A stretch of DNA of 62,708 bases, the filler included. It is 4 parts of 4 records of this genome, joined end to end, with 100 filler letters (N's around TTAATTAATTAA, not from the genome) between each part and the next. Parts side by side here need not be neighbours in the genome. Positions count along the whole stretch, not along the records: positions 1 to 17,211 come from SRR20825006_1054; 3 more parts are not named here. One strand, 5' to 3'. Below are positions 1 to 10,302 of the stretch, one piece after another. A program made the translations under genes and the position numbers. Numbering within the stretch: the first letter of the stretch is position 1; every line of letters starts with the position of its first letter. The notes beneath the pieces were generated by a model, which searched no databases, was not told the origin of the DNA, and saw only the letters and a list, made by a program, of their open reading frames with translations.

Positions 1-1
1 G

Positions 2-547
2 GTGATCGGCGGCGGCATGGCCAATACCTTTGTTGCTGCCAAAGGCATCGATGTTGGTAAATCACTCTGCGAACACGACCTGGCCGACACCGCCCGCACG
101 ATCATGAAAAAAGCCGAAAGCGGAAACTGCACGATCGTACTGCCGGTTGACGGTGTCGTCGCCCGCGAATTCAAAGCCAATGCCGAGAACGAAACCGTCG
201 CCATTGATGCGATCCCGGCTGACGCGATGATGCTCGACGTCGGGCCCGGCTCGGTCAGGGTCGTCAATGAATGGATTGAAAAAGCTGAAACGCTGGTTTG
301 GAACGGCCCGCTTGGTGCTTTCGAAATCGAGCCGTTCGACACCGCAACGGTTTCTGCCGCGAAATTCGCCGCAGAAAGAACGAAAGCAGGTAAACTAACG
401 TCTGTCGCAGGTGGCGGCGATACGGTTTCAGCACTGAGCCATGCCGGTGTGAAGGGTGACTTCTCTTATGTTTCGACAGCAGGCGGCGCTTTCCTCGAAT
501 GGATGGAAGGCAAGGTTCTGCCGGGCGTCGAAATTCTTCAGAAGTGA
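2..547 (+). CDS. pgk: Phosphoglycerate kinase, C-terminal part (5' truncated by window edge)
   Basis: PGK motifs [44 protein letters not shown]. Confidence 0.97.
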   Translation: MIGGGMANTFVAAKGIDVGKSLCEHDLADTARTIMKKAESGNCTIVLPVDGVVAREFKANAENETVAIDAIPADAMMLDVGPGSVRVVNEWIEKAETLVWNGPLGAFEIEPFDTATVSAAKFAAERTKAGKLTSVAGGGDTVSALSHAGVKGDFSYVSTAGGAFLEWMEGKVLPGVEILQK

Positions 548-614
548 ACCAACCCAACTGAAGATGCCTTATGTCGGGAGCGGCCTTCTGGCCGCTCTCT
601 TCGTTCAGCAGTAC

Positions 615-770
615 TCAGGGCCTCAGTACAGCGATCAACCCCGTCAGAACGAAGGCCACAACAATAATCTTCCAGAAATCCATGCGCTTTTTCAGGCCGG
701 GCAAACCCAGCGGCTTGATGATATGCACAACCATGGCGGCAATCAGCAGAACCGCAATCAGTTTTGTCAT
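615..770 (-). CDS. Small 51-aa membrane protein, not in the ORF track
   Basis: Manual translation MTKLIAVLLIAAMVVHIIKPLGLPGLKKRMDFWKIIVVAFVLTGLIAVLRP*; two hydrophobic segments; purine-rich sequence upstream of the ATG. Confidence 0.7.
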   Translation of the reverse strand: MTKLIAVLLIAAMVVHIIKPLGLPGLKKRMDFWKIIVVAFVLTGLIAVLRP

Positions 771-960
771 TGCACTTTCTCTTCTTCCCGTCCGTCTTCA
801 TCCCCCCTCTTACATGGATCGCCACCTCGCGTCACGGCGCAATATTTTGCTCATTCAGCCGCTGGCGTTATAAAAAACAGGCGCATTTTTCGGAACAAGG
901 GCTAAGGTAAGACATTGAACAATCGTCCTGCATCGCGACTTTCATGACCAAGGCCTGTTG

Positions 961-2247
961 ATGAGACCTAATCTTTTTCCGGTTTTCGCCCTGCTTCTCG
1001 GCACCCTTTTCCTTTTTCTCGGCAATGGTCTCCACGGCCTTTTGCTCCCGGTCAGAGGTACAGCGGAAGGCTATAGCGATACCGCGCTCGGCCTTATTGG
1101 TACCTCCTGGGCATCAGGATTTGTTCTGGGCTGCATTTTCGCCCCCAAGCTGATCATGCGCATTGGTCATGTGCGCGCTTTTTCAGGCTTCATTTCCATC
1201 ATCTGTATGGTCGCACTCACGACCGGCATATTCATCGACGAGTACGCCTGGATCATCCTTCGCGCAGCAACCGGCTTTGCGATGGCAGGGACGCAGATGA
1301 TCATTGAAAGCTGGCTGAATGAACGCGTCGACAATGCTTCAAGAGGCGTCGTTTTCACATCCTATACAGGCATCACCCTTTTCGGTGTTGTCGGCGGTCA
1401 GCTGATGGTGGGGTTCGGCAATCCGAATACCCCTTATCTCTTTATGATCGCGGGGATTCTGTACTGCATTGCCATGTTGCCGACAACTGTCTCAAAGGCC
1501 GCTTCTCCAAGACCGCTTCAGGCTGTCAAAATCGACCTGAAGCTACTTTACCGCAACTCGCCGGTCGCATGCCTCGGTGTTCTGCTCACCGGCATCGCCA
1601 ACGGCGCATTCGGTACATTGGGTGCAGTCTTCGGCGCACGCGCCGGTTTGCATGACAGCCAGATCGCGTTTCTGATGACATCGGCGATCCTGGCCGGGGC
1701 TTTGGCGCAGGTACCATTCGGCAAGATTTCCGACATGGTAGACCGGCGCTTCGTTATTGCCGTTCTGGCGGGTTTTGCAGCTGCCGCCGCAACGCTGATT
1801 ATCATCTTCAGACCCGGTGCAACGTCGCTTATCATCCTGATTGCAGTCTACGGTGCCGCCGCCAACGTTCTCTATCCCATCATTGCCTCGCACGCCAACG
1901 ACTTTGCCAATCCGGAAGATTACGTCAAAATTTCGAGTGGCCTGCTGTTTCTTTTTGGTATCGGCACGATCATCGGACCAACAGTCGGCGGTCCGGTCAT
2001 GACGGTTTTAGGCCCCTATGCCCTGTTTCTCGTCACCGCCAGCGCGCATGTGCTCATTCTGGGCTATGCGATCATCCGCTCGCGTGTACGCGCGGCAGTG
2101 CCCGTCGCAGAGAAAGAAGCTTTCGCGGCCATGCCGGATGCCGCCACACCAGTTTCAACCCCTGAGGGGATGCAATTAAGAACAGCAACGCCGGAACCGA
2201 CATCTTACACAGAAGCCGAAACTCCCAGTCGAAAATCGGAGGGATGA
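961..2247 (+). CDS. MFS transporter (YcaD-like)
   Basis: About 12 hydrophobic segments; MFS loop motifs (RIGHVRAF, IIESWLNE, GKISDMVDRR). Confidence 0.9.
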   Translation: MRPNLFPVFALLLGTLFLFLGNGLHGLLLPVRGTAEGYSDTALGLIGTSWASGFVLGCIFAPKLIMRIGHVRAFSGFISIICMVALTTGIFIDEYAWIILRAATGFAMAGTQMIIESWLNERVDNASRGVVFTSYTGITLFGVVGGQLMVGFGNPNTPYLFMIAGILYCIAMLPTTVSKAASPRPLQAVKIDLKLLYRNSPVACLGVLLTGIANGAFGTLGAVFGARAGLHDSQIAFLMTSAILAGALAQVPFGKISDMVDRRFVIAVLAGFAAAAATLIIIFRPGATSLIILIAVYGAAANVLYPIIASHANDFANPEDYVKISSGLLFLFGIGTIIGPTVGGPVMTVLGPYALFLVTASAHVLILGYAIIRSRVRAAVPVAEKEAFAAMPDAATPVSTPEGMQLRTATPEPTSYTEAETPSRKSEG

Positions 2248-2248
2248 A

Positions 2249-2437
2249 ATGGAAGACAACGAAGATAAGAAGCCGCCGAAGAACCAATATATCATTGGTA
2301 CAGATCTCGAAGAACATTCCGTGGAAGCTCTTGAAAATCTGGTCAATGAGCTGCGCAGTGAAATTGATCGCGTCGAAATGGCGATCTCAAGGAAAAGTGC
2401 TGGCCGGAAAGCAGCGGAAAGCCTGTTTAAAAGATAG
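2249..2437 (+). CDS. DUF1192-family small coiled-coil protein
   Basis: IGTDLEEHSVEALE...LRSEIDR...AAESLFK pattern; starts 1 nt after the MFS stop. Confidence 0.8.
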   Translation: MEDNEDKKPPKNQYIIGTDLEEHSVEALENLVNELRSEIDRVEMAISRKSAGRKAAESLFKR

Positions 2438-2461
2438 AAGTATACATCCCGTCATTCGGCG

Positions 2462-2476
2462 TTAACCGAAAGTTAA
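2462..2476. promoter_or_regulatory. CtrA binding box 1 (TTAA-N7-TTAA)
   Basis: TTAAccgaaagTTAA(C), exact consensus; TATAAG -10-like hexamer at 2491-2496. Confidence 0.8.
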
Positions 2477-2502
2477 CCTTTCTAAGTTGTTATAAGCTTA
2501 TC

Positions 2503-2584
2503 CGTTTAGCGGAGTCGGGATCTCTGTCTTAATTCCGATCATCACCCTTAATTTACCAGCCGCTTTTTCAAGCGGCTTTTTTTT
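2503..2584 (+). ncRNA. Candidate ~80-nt CtrA-controlled small RNA
   Basis: CtrA box and -10-like element upstream; hairpin GTCGGGAT/ATTCCGAT with a CU-rich loop; intrinsic terminator; 5' end approximate. Confidence 0.45.
2558..2584 (+). terminator. Rho-independent terminator
   Basis: AGCCGCTT-TTTC-AAGCGGCT followed by T7. Confidence 0.85.
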
Positions 2585-2612
2585 CGTGGTTTCATGCGAT
2601 TGGTAGTGGGTA

Positions 2613-2627
2613 TTAACCTTCTGTTAA
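2613..2627. promoter_or_regulatory. CtrA binding box 2, upstream of rcdA
   Basis: TTAAccttctgTTAA, about 90 nt before the rcdA start. Confidence 0.8.
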
Positions 2628-2716
2628 GAAACAACTTGCGGATTTGCACTACAGGTTTAAGTGTTCACGTGTTTCAAGACTGAACGTTAGTTAGCCCGCA
2701 GGCGCAAGGGAAAAAC

Positions 2717-3241
2717 ATGTCACAATCCGGGGCGAAAACCATCAATTTCGCAGGTCGCGCAGCAAACTCGCCACAGTTTGACGCCCTTTACGCAGAAGGC
2801 ATGAAACTGGTCGAAACGACTGCGGCTTATCTTGACGGCCCGGGCCGGGCCGTCGCCAAGACCCTGCCTGCCAACGCTGCATCACTTTATTCCGCCGAAT
2901 CGATTCGCCTGACAACGCGGCTGATGCAGCTTGCATCGTGGCTGCTTCTCCAGCGCTCGCTCAATACCGGCGAGATGACGCGCGAACAGGTTCTTCAGGA
3001 GCGCCACAAGCTGCGCTTCAGTGAAGGTGGCCTCAATCGCAGTGTCGCCGGCTGGTCTGATCTTCCGGTCGGTTTTCAGGAATTGCTGGAAGCTTCTCAG
3101 CGTCTGGAGGCCCGTATCCGCATTCTGGATGACAACCTCATGCAGGAAGAAAGCGGTGAACCGTCCACCTGCGAGAGTGCCAACGAAAATCAGGTCATCG
3201 CCCAGATCGATCTTCTGCAGACAGCTTTCAGCCGCCGCTGA
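2717..3241 (+). CDS. rcdA: DUF1465 family protein / regulator of CtrA degradation RcdA
   Basis: LYAEGMKLVETTAAYLDG, ESIRLTTRLMQLASWLLLQR and C-terminal LQTAF are typical of RcdA; CtrA boxes upstream. Confidence 0.88.
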   Translation: MSQSGAKTINFAGRAANSPQFDALYAEGMKLVETTAAYLDGPGRAVAKTLPANAASLYSAESIRLTTRLMQLASWLLLQRSLNTGEMTREQVLQERHKLRFSEGGLNRSVAGWSDLPVGFQELLEASQRLEARIRILDDNLMQEESGEPSTCESANENQVIAQIDLLQTAFSRR

Positions 3242-3343
3242 AATTTAAAAAAGGCGCAGCTTTTCCTCAAACCGGGCTACCGTGTGCAGATGCCCGGCAA
3301 CCCGGCGCCCCTTCCCTCAATTCCCGCCAGAAATTCCTGCAAC

Positions 3344-3368
3344 AAAAAACCCGGCACAAAGGCCGGGT
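3344..3368 (-). terminator. Intrinsic terminator of rpmE
   Basis: ACCCGGC/GCCGGGT stem with an A-run on + (U-run on -). Confidence 0.8.
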
Positions 3369-3395
3369 CTTGATTGACTGGTCGTTCTGAAAGAA

Positions 3396-3617
3396 TCAGA
3401 TGCCGAGACCACCGAAGCGCTTGTTGAACTTCGAAACCCGGCCGCCGCGATCCATCAGGTTCTGTTGACCGCCGGTCCACGCCGGATGGGAGGTCGGATC
3501 GATATCAAGGTTCATGACATCGCCTTCCTTGCCCCAGGTGGAGCGGGTTTCATATTCGGTGCCGTCCGTCATGACGACCTTGATTGTGTGATAATCGGGA
3601 TGAATATCAGCCTTCAT
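3396..3617 (-). CDS. rpmE: 50S ribosomal protein L31 (Cys-free form)
   Basis: [10 protein letters not shown]...HPAWTGG...[10 protein letters not shown]; true start is internal to the 157-aa ORF call. Confidence 0.97.
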   Translation of the reverse strand: MKADIHPDYHTIKVVMTDGTEYETRSTWGKEGDVMNLDIDPTSHPAWTGGQQNLMDRGGRVSKFNKRFGGLGI

Positions 3618-3811
3618 AACATTCTTCCTGCAAGCTTCGTCCGCACTTGGCACCATTGCGCCGGCTGGACCTATTGAATAAACAAAGCCGTGACACCTGA
3701 CAACGAGGCCACGGCTTTCCGACTGGTTGCGGTCGCTATACAGGAACGCGTTACGAATAACAAGAGCCGCCTCGGCCATTATGACGGCTTGTTGAACATA
3801 AGGACGATCCT

Positions 3812-5599
3812 TTGAGCCGGAATGAAAAATCCAATAGCAGCCGGACGAAACAGCTTCAGCCGCTATCACGACTTCTGCCCTATCTGAAAACCTATCGCGG
3901 CCTTGTCGCCGGTGCGCTGTTTTTCCTGTTGATGGCGTCGGTGGTCACATTGGCGCTGCCGGTCGCAGTCCGGCGCGTAATTGATCATGGCTTCAGCGCA
4001 GACGATGCAGCATTGGTCAACAGCTACTTCATGATGCTTGGCTGCATGGCGCTGGCGCTCGGCATTGCCAGTGCCATGCGCTATTATTTCGTCATGGTGC
4101 TGGGCGAGCGGATAGTTGCGGATTTACGTCGCGATGTGTTTACCCATGTCGTTCGGCTGTCACCCGCCTTTTTCGACGTCAACCAATCCGGCGAAATTGT
4201 TTCGCGATTGACGGCGGATACCGTGCAGATCAAGTCTGCGTTTGGCGCCTCGGCCTCAATCGCACTCAGGAATCTGATTATGGGCTTCGGTGCACTGGTG
4301 ATGATGATTTACACCGCGCCCTGGCTTTCGGTGATGGTTATCGTTGCCATTCCAGTGATTGTACTTCCGCTGATCGCTTTTGGCCGGAAGGTGCGTGGCA
4401 GATCACGCACGGCACAGGATTCATTGGCCAGTGCCTCGGCTTTTGCCAGCGAGACGATAGCGGCCACACGCGCGCTTCAGGCCTTCAACGGCGAAGCCAT
4501 GGCAAGCCATCAGTATACACAAAGTATCGACCGCGCTTTTGCCGCCAGCCGCTCCGCCACACGCGCGCGCGCAACTCTGACGGCCATTGCCATCACGCTT
4601 GTCTTCTGCAGTGTCACGGCGATCCTGTGGGTCGGTGCGCAGGGCGTGCTTTCCGGCACCATGACTGGCGGCACACTGGGCCAGTTCCTGCTTTACTCCG
4701 TTCTGGCCGCCGGTGCGCTGGGTCAGCTTTCAGAAGTCTGGGGAGAACTCTCACTCGCCGCCGGCGCAGCGGAACGATTAAGCGAGCTTTTGAGCGAACC
4801 GGAAATCATCAAGGCGCCTGAGAACCCAAAGACACTGCCGGAACCTCCGAAAGGCCGGATCGATATTGATGACCTCGCCTTTCGCTATCCCGCAAGCGGT
4901 GCAAAGGCTGGCGCTCTGAATGGCATTTCACTGTCGGTGGAAAGCGGTGAAACAGTCGCGATTGTCGGCCCTTCCGGTGCGGGCAAAAGCACACTTTTCT
5001 CGCTGCTCCTGCGTTTCTACGATCCGGTGTCCGGAACCATACGGCTCGACGGTATTGATCTGCGCGACGCAGATCCGCAGGCTGTCCGGCAACGCTTCGC
5101 AATCGTGCCACAGGATGTTGCGATCTTTGCCGCCAGCATCCACGACAATATTGCTCTTGGAAGACCGGAGGCGACTCGCGATGACGTCAGAGCCGCGGCC
5201 ATCGCCGCTCAGGCTGACGGCTTTATCGAAAAGCTGGAGCATGGCTATGACACGCTGGCGGGAGAGCGCGGCATTACGCTTTCCGGTGGTCAGCGCCAGC
5301 GCATCGCCATCGCTCGCGCCATTCTGCGCGATGCCCCGGTCCTGCTGCTGGATGAGGCGACCTCTGCACTGGATGCAGAAAGTGAGACATTGGTGCAGAA
5401 GGCTTTGGGTGAATTGATGCGGGGGCGCACGACACTGGTGATCGCCCACCGGCTGGCAACTGTGCTGTCCGCCGACAGGCTGATCGTGATGGATGAAGGC
5501 CGCATCGTGGAAGAAGGCACCCATGACGCACTGGTGGCGCAAAACGGCCTTTATGCCCGCCTCGCCCGGCTTCAGTTCAATATAGAAGCTACGGGCTGA
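3812..5599 (+). CDS. ABC exporter, fused permease/ATPase (MsbA/ABCB-like)
   Basis: N-terminal TM domain; Walker A GPSGAGKS, signature LSGGQRQR, Walker [17 protein letters not shown]. Confidence 0.95.
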   Translation: MSRNEKSNSSRTKQLQPLSRLLPYLKTYRGLVAGALFFLLMASVVTLALPVAVRRVIDHGFSADDAALVNSYFMMLGCMALALGIASAMRYYFVMVLGERIVADLRRDVFTHVVRLSPAFFDVNQSGEIVSRLTADTVQIKSAFGASASIALRNLIMGFGALVMMIYTAPWLSVMVIVAIPVIVLPLIAFGRKVRGRSRTAQDSLASASAFASETIAATRALQAFNGEAMASHQYTQSIDRAFAASRSATRARATLTAIAITLVFCSVTAILWVGAQGVLSGTMTGGTLGQFLLYSVLAAGALGQLSEVWGELSLAAGAAERLSELLSEPEIIKAPENPKTLPEPPKGRIDIDDLAFRYPASGAKAGALNGISLSVESGETVAIVGPSGAGKSTLFSLLLRFYDPVSGTIRLDGIDLRDADPQAVRQRFAIVPQDVAIFAASIHDNIALGRPEATRDDVRAAAIAAQADGFIEKLEHGYDTLAGERGITLSGGQRQRIAIARAILRDAPVLLLDEATSALDAESETLVQKALGELMRGRTTLVIAHRLATVLSADRLIVMDEGRIVEEGTHDALVAQNGLYARLARLQFNIEATG

Positions 5600-5807
5600 G
5601 AACATTTTGCAGCAACAGTAGTCTTCATGGAGAAATGGCGCGCTAGATGGTGACAGTCACCGAAAGCCCACGCAAATGGCGGTCACCTGGAGCATTTGCA
5701 GAGCAATCCGGCGCGCCTGAACCGCAGTCTGCGCGGTTGAGACGATATCGCTTTGAAAGCGCTCTCATGCTTTCTTGAGTATTTTATATGACGCGATGGA
5801 TCGCCGC

Positions 5808-5839
5808 TGGCATTATGGCATTATGGCATTATGGCATTA
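5808..5839. repeat. Tandem 8-mer repeat (TGGCATTA)x4
   Basis: Four exact copies read directly in the convergent intergenic region. Confidence 0.9.
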
Positions 5840-5885
5840 TCGGATAAAACCTGCTCCATAACGCCATGGGTCAAACCCTACGCTC

Positions 5886-7541
5886 TCAGTCGTGAATGCG
5901 GGCGCAAAAGCCGTCAAACGCGCCCAGATCGATATGGGAACCGTTGAGCACGGCGGTTGCCCCCGGCAGATCAATCGTATCCACGTGACTGGTTACAGTG
6001 TGAAGTGTCACGCTTTTTGGCTGACCGGAGAAGTTAAAGACAAACAGCAGCGTCTCTGCATCCCTGGAACGTGTAAACATCAGCACATCATCATCACCGC
6101 TGTCCTGAAAGGCGATATCACCGTCATAAAGTGCCGTATGTTCCTTCCTGAAGGCAAGCATGGCCCGATAGTGATTATAAACGCTTTCCGGCTCGCCCGC
6201 CTGTCTGGAAACGCTGAGCGGTAAATGCGAACCGGGTACAGGCAACCAGGGCTTTGCAGACGTGGTAAATCCGGCATGGGCCTGATCGGCATTCCATGGC
6301 ATCGGCGTCCGGCACCCATCCCTGCCCTTGAATGATGGCCAGAAGCGAATGCCATACGGATCCTGCAGGTCTTCAAATGCCAGTTCCGCCTGTGGCAGGC
6401 CCAGCTCTTCCCCCTGATAAAGGCAGACAGAACCGCGCAGCGTTGCAATCACTGAAAGTGCAAGCCGGGCAACAGGTTCGCGGTCATGCTCGTCTTCGGC
6501 AAAGCGCGATGCGTGACGATCAACATCGTGATTGGAAAAGGCCCAGCAGACCCAGCCATCTTTGACCGTAGCAAAGAAGTCTTCGACGCATTTGCGGATA
6601 TGTGTGGGCGAGAAAAGCGGACCGAGAAAATCGAAGGTGTAGCACATGTGCAGCTTATCGCCGCCGGACGTATAGCCGGCCACGGTCTTCAAAGAACGTG
6701 CACCATCTCCGACTTCGCCAACCGATGCACGCGCATCATATTGATCAAGCAAAGCGCGGAAGCGCTGCAGAAAAGCGACATTTTCCGGCTGCGTCTTGTC
6801 ATATTCATGCTGCTGGAATCCGTAAGGATTGACGTCCGGCGCATCAAGACCGGTTGGGCCAATCTCACCATCAACCGGAGGATTGTCGCGCAATTTCCTG
6901 TCGCAGAAATAGTAATTCACCGTATCAAGGCGAAAACCATCAACCCCGCGCTCCAGCCAGAAACGCACGGTTTCGAGCAGCGCATCCTGCACCGCCTTGC
7001 AGTGAAAGTTCAGATCCGGCTGGCTCGCCAGAAAATTATGCATGTAATATTGCTTGCGGGTGCCATCCCACTCCCAGGCGGGGCCTCCGAACACCGAAAG
7101 CCAGTTGTTGGGAGCGGTCCCATCCGGCTTTGCATCCGCCCAGACATACCAGTCCGCCTTGTCATTATCCTTGTTTTCACGGCTTTGCCTGAACCAGGCG
7201 TGGCGGTCGGATGTGTGCGAAAGCACCTGATCGATGATAATCTTTAAGCCGAGCCGGTGCGCCTCGGCCACAAGTGCGTCGAACTCATCCAGCGTGCCAA
7301 ACATCGGATCGACATCACAATAATCGGACACATCATAGCCCATGTCCGCCATCGGCGATGTAAAGAACGGCGACAGCCAGATTGCATCGATGCCAAGCTC
7401 GGCCACATAACCAAGCCGCTTTGTGATGCCCTTCAGGTCACCGATGCCATCGCTGGTCGTATCCTGAAACGAACGCGGATAAATCTGGTAGATCACACAC
7501 CCACGCCACCAGTTGACGCTGTCATTCGTCCGCTCCTGCAT
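5886..7541 (-). CDS. aglA: Alpha-glucosidase, GH13
   Basis: YQIYPRSFQD, DMGYDVSDY, GVDGFRLD, NHD, YQGEELGL, GRDGCRTPMPW. Confidence 0.92.
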   Translation of the reverse strand: MQERTNDSVNWWRGCVIYQIYPRSFQDTTSDGIGDLKGITKRLGYVAELGIDAIWLSPFFTSPMADMGYDVSDYCDVDPMFGTLDEFDALVAEAHRLGLKIIIDQVLSHTSDRHAWFRQSRENKDNDKADWYVWADAKPDGTAPNNWLSVFGGPAWEWDGTRKQYYMHNFLASQPDLNFHCKAVQDALLETVRFWLERGVDGFRLDTVNYYFCDRKLRDNPPVDGEIGPTGLDAPDVNPYGFQQHEYDKTQPENVAFLQRFRALLDQYDARASVGEVGDGARSLKTVAGYTSGGDKLHMCYTFDFLGPLFSPTHIRKCVEDFFATVKDGWVCWAFSNHDVDRHASRFAEDEHDREPVARLALSVIATLRGSVCLYQGEELGLPQAELAFEDLQDPYGIRFWPSFKGRDGCRTPMPWNADQAHAGFTTSAKPWLPVPGSHLPLSVSRQAGEPESVYNHYRAMLAFRKEHTALYDGDIAFQDSGDDDVLMFTRSRDAETLLFVFNFSGQPKSVTLHTVTSHVDTIDLPGATAVLNGSHIDLGAFDGFCARIHD

Positions 7542-7676
7542 CGCAATACCCTTTTAGAAATTGTTCATGGCAAGACTATTATCTGAAAGTATGATCGTAA
7601 ATGTGAAGACGCATTATTCTGTTCCTGCTTTCCGTAAACAGTGGACAAGCAAAAAGCCTGGCGCAACAACGGGCAA

Positions 7677-7694
7677 CTGTAATACACCTGTCAC
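7677..7694 (+). promoter_or_regulatory. Pho box (PhoB site)
   Basis: CTGTAAT-ACAC-CTGTCAC, 7-4-7 direct repeat close to the CTGTCAT consensus, about 55 nt upstream of the glycosyltransferase. Confidence 0.7.
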
Positions 7695-7747
7695 ACGCCC
7701 CATCTAACAGAGCGTAACGTCTTACGTCGAATGCGGGGCATCAAATC

Positions 7748-8824
7748 GTGGACACCATCATTGCGCAGAAATCACGCATCGGTCAAAACGGCAGCTATGA
7801 CAAAAAACTGACGCTGATTTCCGATGCCTGGCACCCCCAGGTCAACGGCGTGGTACGCTCGATTGAGAACACCAATGCGGAACTTGACAGGATGGGCGTC
7901 AAGATCACCATGATCACACCTGATCTGTTCCGCAGTCTTCCGATGCCGACTTATCCCGAAATCCGGCTTGCAATGGCTTCCTACAGCCATGTGGCGCGGT
8001 TGATCGAGGAATCAAAGCCGGATTATGTGCATATTGCCACAGAAGGTCCGCTCGGCTTCAAGGCGCGCAAGTGGTGCCTGAAAAACAAAATGCCATTCAC
8101 CACCAGCTATCATACGCGGTTTCCCGAATATGTTTCAGCCCGCGTCCCCATTCCGAAGGACTGGCTTTATAAATTTGTGCGCCGTTTCCATAACTCCGGC
8201 AATGGTTGCATGGTTGCAACCGACAGTCTGGAGCAGGAACTTCGCGAACGCGGGATCAAGAACCTGATGCGCTGGAGCCGCGGTATCGATGCAGAACACT
8301 TCCATCCACAACCGTTGGAAGAAAAGCCGTTCGGCCTTGAACGCCCGATCTTTTTGACGGTCGCGCGTGTGGCGGTTGAGAAAAACCTGCCTGCCTTTCT
8401 TGAGCTTGATCTTCCGGGCAGCAAGGTGCTTGTGGGTGACGGCCCCGCCCGCAAGGCGCTTGAAGAAAAATATCCCGATACCCATTTCGCCGGTCAGTTG
8501 AGCAATGGAAAACTGGCCGCCGCCTATGCGCAAGCCGACGTCTTTGTCTTCACCTCAAAGACGGACACATTCGGCAACACCACGATCGAAGCGCTGGCCA
8601 GCGGTGTTCCGGTCGCAGCTTACCCGGTCACCGGCCCGCGCGATATTCTGGGCGGTCATGAAGAAGCAGGCGCACTTGATGACGACCTGCGCACTGCCTG
8701 CCTGAAGGCACTCGAATGCTCGCGCGAAAAAGCACGCGAACTGGCAGAAGATTTCAGTTGGGAAGCTGCGGCCAAACAGTTTTACAACAACATGATCGAA
8801 GCGCACGATCACCCTTCGCACTAA
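7748..8824 (+). CDS. agt: GT4 glycosyltransferase, Agt-like diacylglycerol glucosyl/glucuronosyltransferase
   Basis: SDAWHPQVNGVVR, HIATEGPLG, SYHTRFPEY, KTDTFG...EALASGVPVAAYP; upstream Pho box. Confidence 0.75.
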   Translation: MDTIIAQKSRIGQNGSYDKKLTLISDAWHPQVNGVVRSIENTNAELDRMGVKITMITPDLFRSLPMPTYPEIRLAMASYSHVARLIEESKPDYVHIATEGPLGFKARKWCLKNKMPFTTSYHTRFPEYVSARVPIPKDWLYKFVRRFHNSGNGCMVATDSLEQELRERGIKNLMRWSRGIDAEHFHPQPLEEKPFGLERPIFLTVARVAVEKNLPAFLELDLPGSKVLVGDGPARKALEEKYPDTHFAGQLSNGKLAAAYAQADVFVFTSKTDTFGNTTIEALASGVPVAAYPVTGPRDILGGHEEAGALDDDLRTACLKALECSREKARELAEDFSWEAAAKQFYNNMIEAHDHPSH

Positions 8825-8843
8825 ACAAAAAGCGCTGACGTTT

Positions 8844-10268
8844 TCAGCGTTTCTTGCGCTTGCGCTCAAACGGGTTATCACCGGCACGCAAGTGAATACG
8901 GATCGGCACACCCGGCATATTAAAATCCTTGCGCAGACCGTTAGTGAGATACCGCAGATATGATTCCGGCACGGCATCCGGTCGTGTACACGAAATCATG
9001 AAGCCCGGTGGCCGGGTTTTCACCTGCGTCATGTATTTCATCTTCAGGCGGCGCCCCGCAACCGCTGGCGGCGGATGACTGACCGTCTGCGCATCAAGCC
9101 AGCGATTGAGCTTTGCCGTTGCGATACGGCTGTTCCAGACCTTGTCGGTTTCGGAAATGGCCTGCATCAGCTTGTCGAGGCCAGTGCCACGCTCACCGGA
9201 AATCGGAACCGCACGAATGCCGCGCGCCTGAGGCAAAAGCCGGTCGGTTTTCTCGCGCAAATCGGCCAGTACAGCCTGCCGGTCTTCGATCAGATCCCAC
9301 TTGTTGAAGGCCAGCACGGCGGCACGACCTTCTCGGATCACCAGATCGACAATTTGTAAGTCCTGCTTTTCAAACGGGATCGTGGCGTCGAATACGATCA
9401 CCACACATTCAGCAAAGCGGATGGCCCGCAGCGCATCCCCGACGGAGAGCTTTTCGAGCTTCTCGGTCACGCGCGCCTTGCGGCGCATTCCGGCGGTATC
9501 AAAAAGCTTGATTCCACGTCCGCGCCACTCCCACTCCACGGAGATGGAGTCCCGCGTAATGCCTGCCTCCGGCCCGGTCAGCAAACGCTCTTCGCCCAGA
9601 TAGCGGTTGATCAGGGTTGACTTGCCTGCATTCGGTCGCCCGACGATAGCAACACGCAGCGGCTTTGTATCATCATAGGGTGCAATCTCTTCCGGATTGT
9701 CCGCTTCTTCCTTTGTCAGCAGAACATCGGTGCGGGCCTCATCTATAGCGCCATCCTTGCCGAAGGCACGATCTTCGCCGATCGTTTCGATTATCGCTTC
9801 GCGCAGATCGTTCATTCCCTGGCCATGTTCGGCAGAGATCGGGCACGGCTCGCCAAGACCGAGCGTATAGGCATCATAGAAACCTGCGTCCGAACCACGC
9901 GCTTCGGCCTTGTTGGCCACCAGCACGACTGGTTTTCCATGGCGGCGCAGCATGTCGGCCATGGTGTGGTCGTCGGGTGTCAGACCATACTTGGCATCAA
10001 CAACAAACAGCGACAGGTCGGCGTCATCAATTGCGGCCTCTGTCTGGGCGCGCATACGTCCGGGCAGCGTATCTTCATGCGCCACTTCCAGTCCGGCAGT
10101 GTCGATGATTGTAAATCTGAGATCGAAAAGGCGCGCCTCTCCGGGCCGCCGATCGCGGGTCACACCCGGCGTATCATCGACAAGCGCAAGTTTCTGACCG
10201 ACAAGCCGGTTGAACAGCGTCGATTTGCCGACATTCGGTCTTCCAACGATGGCAACCGTAAAACTCAT
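8844..10268 (-). CDS. der: Ribosome biogenesis GTPase Der (EngA)
   Basis: Two GTPase domains ([28 protein letters not shown]). Confidence 0.98.
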   Translation of the reverse strand: MSFTVAIVGRPNVGKSTLFNRLVGQKLALVDDTPGVTRDRRPGEARLFDLRFTIIDTAGLEVAHEDTLPGRMRAQTEAAIDDADLSLFVVDAKYGLTPDDHTMADMLRRHGKPVVLVANKAEARGSDAGFYDAYTLGLGEPCPISAEHGQGMNDLREAIIETIGEDRAFGKDGAIDEARTDVLLTKEEADNPEEIAPYDDTKPLRVAIVGRPNAGKSTLINRYLGEERLLTGPEAGITRDSISVEWEWRGRGIKLFDTAGMRRKARVTEKLEKLSVGDALRAIRFAECVVIVFDATIPFEKQDLQIVDLVIREGRAAVLAFNKWDLIEDRQAVLADLREKTDRLLPQARGIRAVPISGERGTGLDKLMQAISETDKVWNSRIATAKLNRWLDAQTVSHPPPAVAGRRLKMKYMTQVKTRPPGFMISCTRPDAVPESYLRYLTNGLRKDFNMPGVPIRIHLRAGDNPFERKRKKR

Positions 10269-10302
10269 GGGATCGTTTTCCTCGAAAACGGCGTATGACC
10301 GT

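Noticed and set aside
456-905. ORFs 456-905, 538-825 and 571-873
   Set aside because: Not protein-like; the region is better explained by the 51-aa ORF at 615-770
3618-3869. Extended 157-aa L31
   Set aside because: Canonical L31 starts at 3617; the extension covers the promoter and overlaps the ABC gene
5808-5839. Repeat as a CRISPR array
   Set aside because: 8-bp units with no spacers and no cas genes
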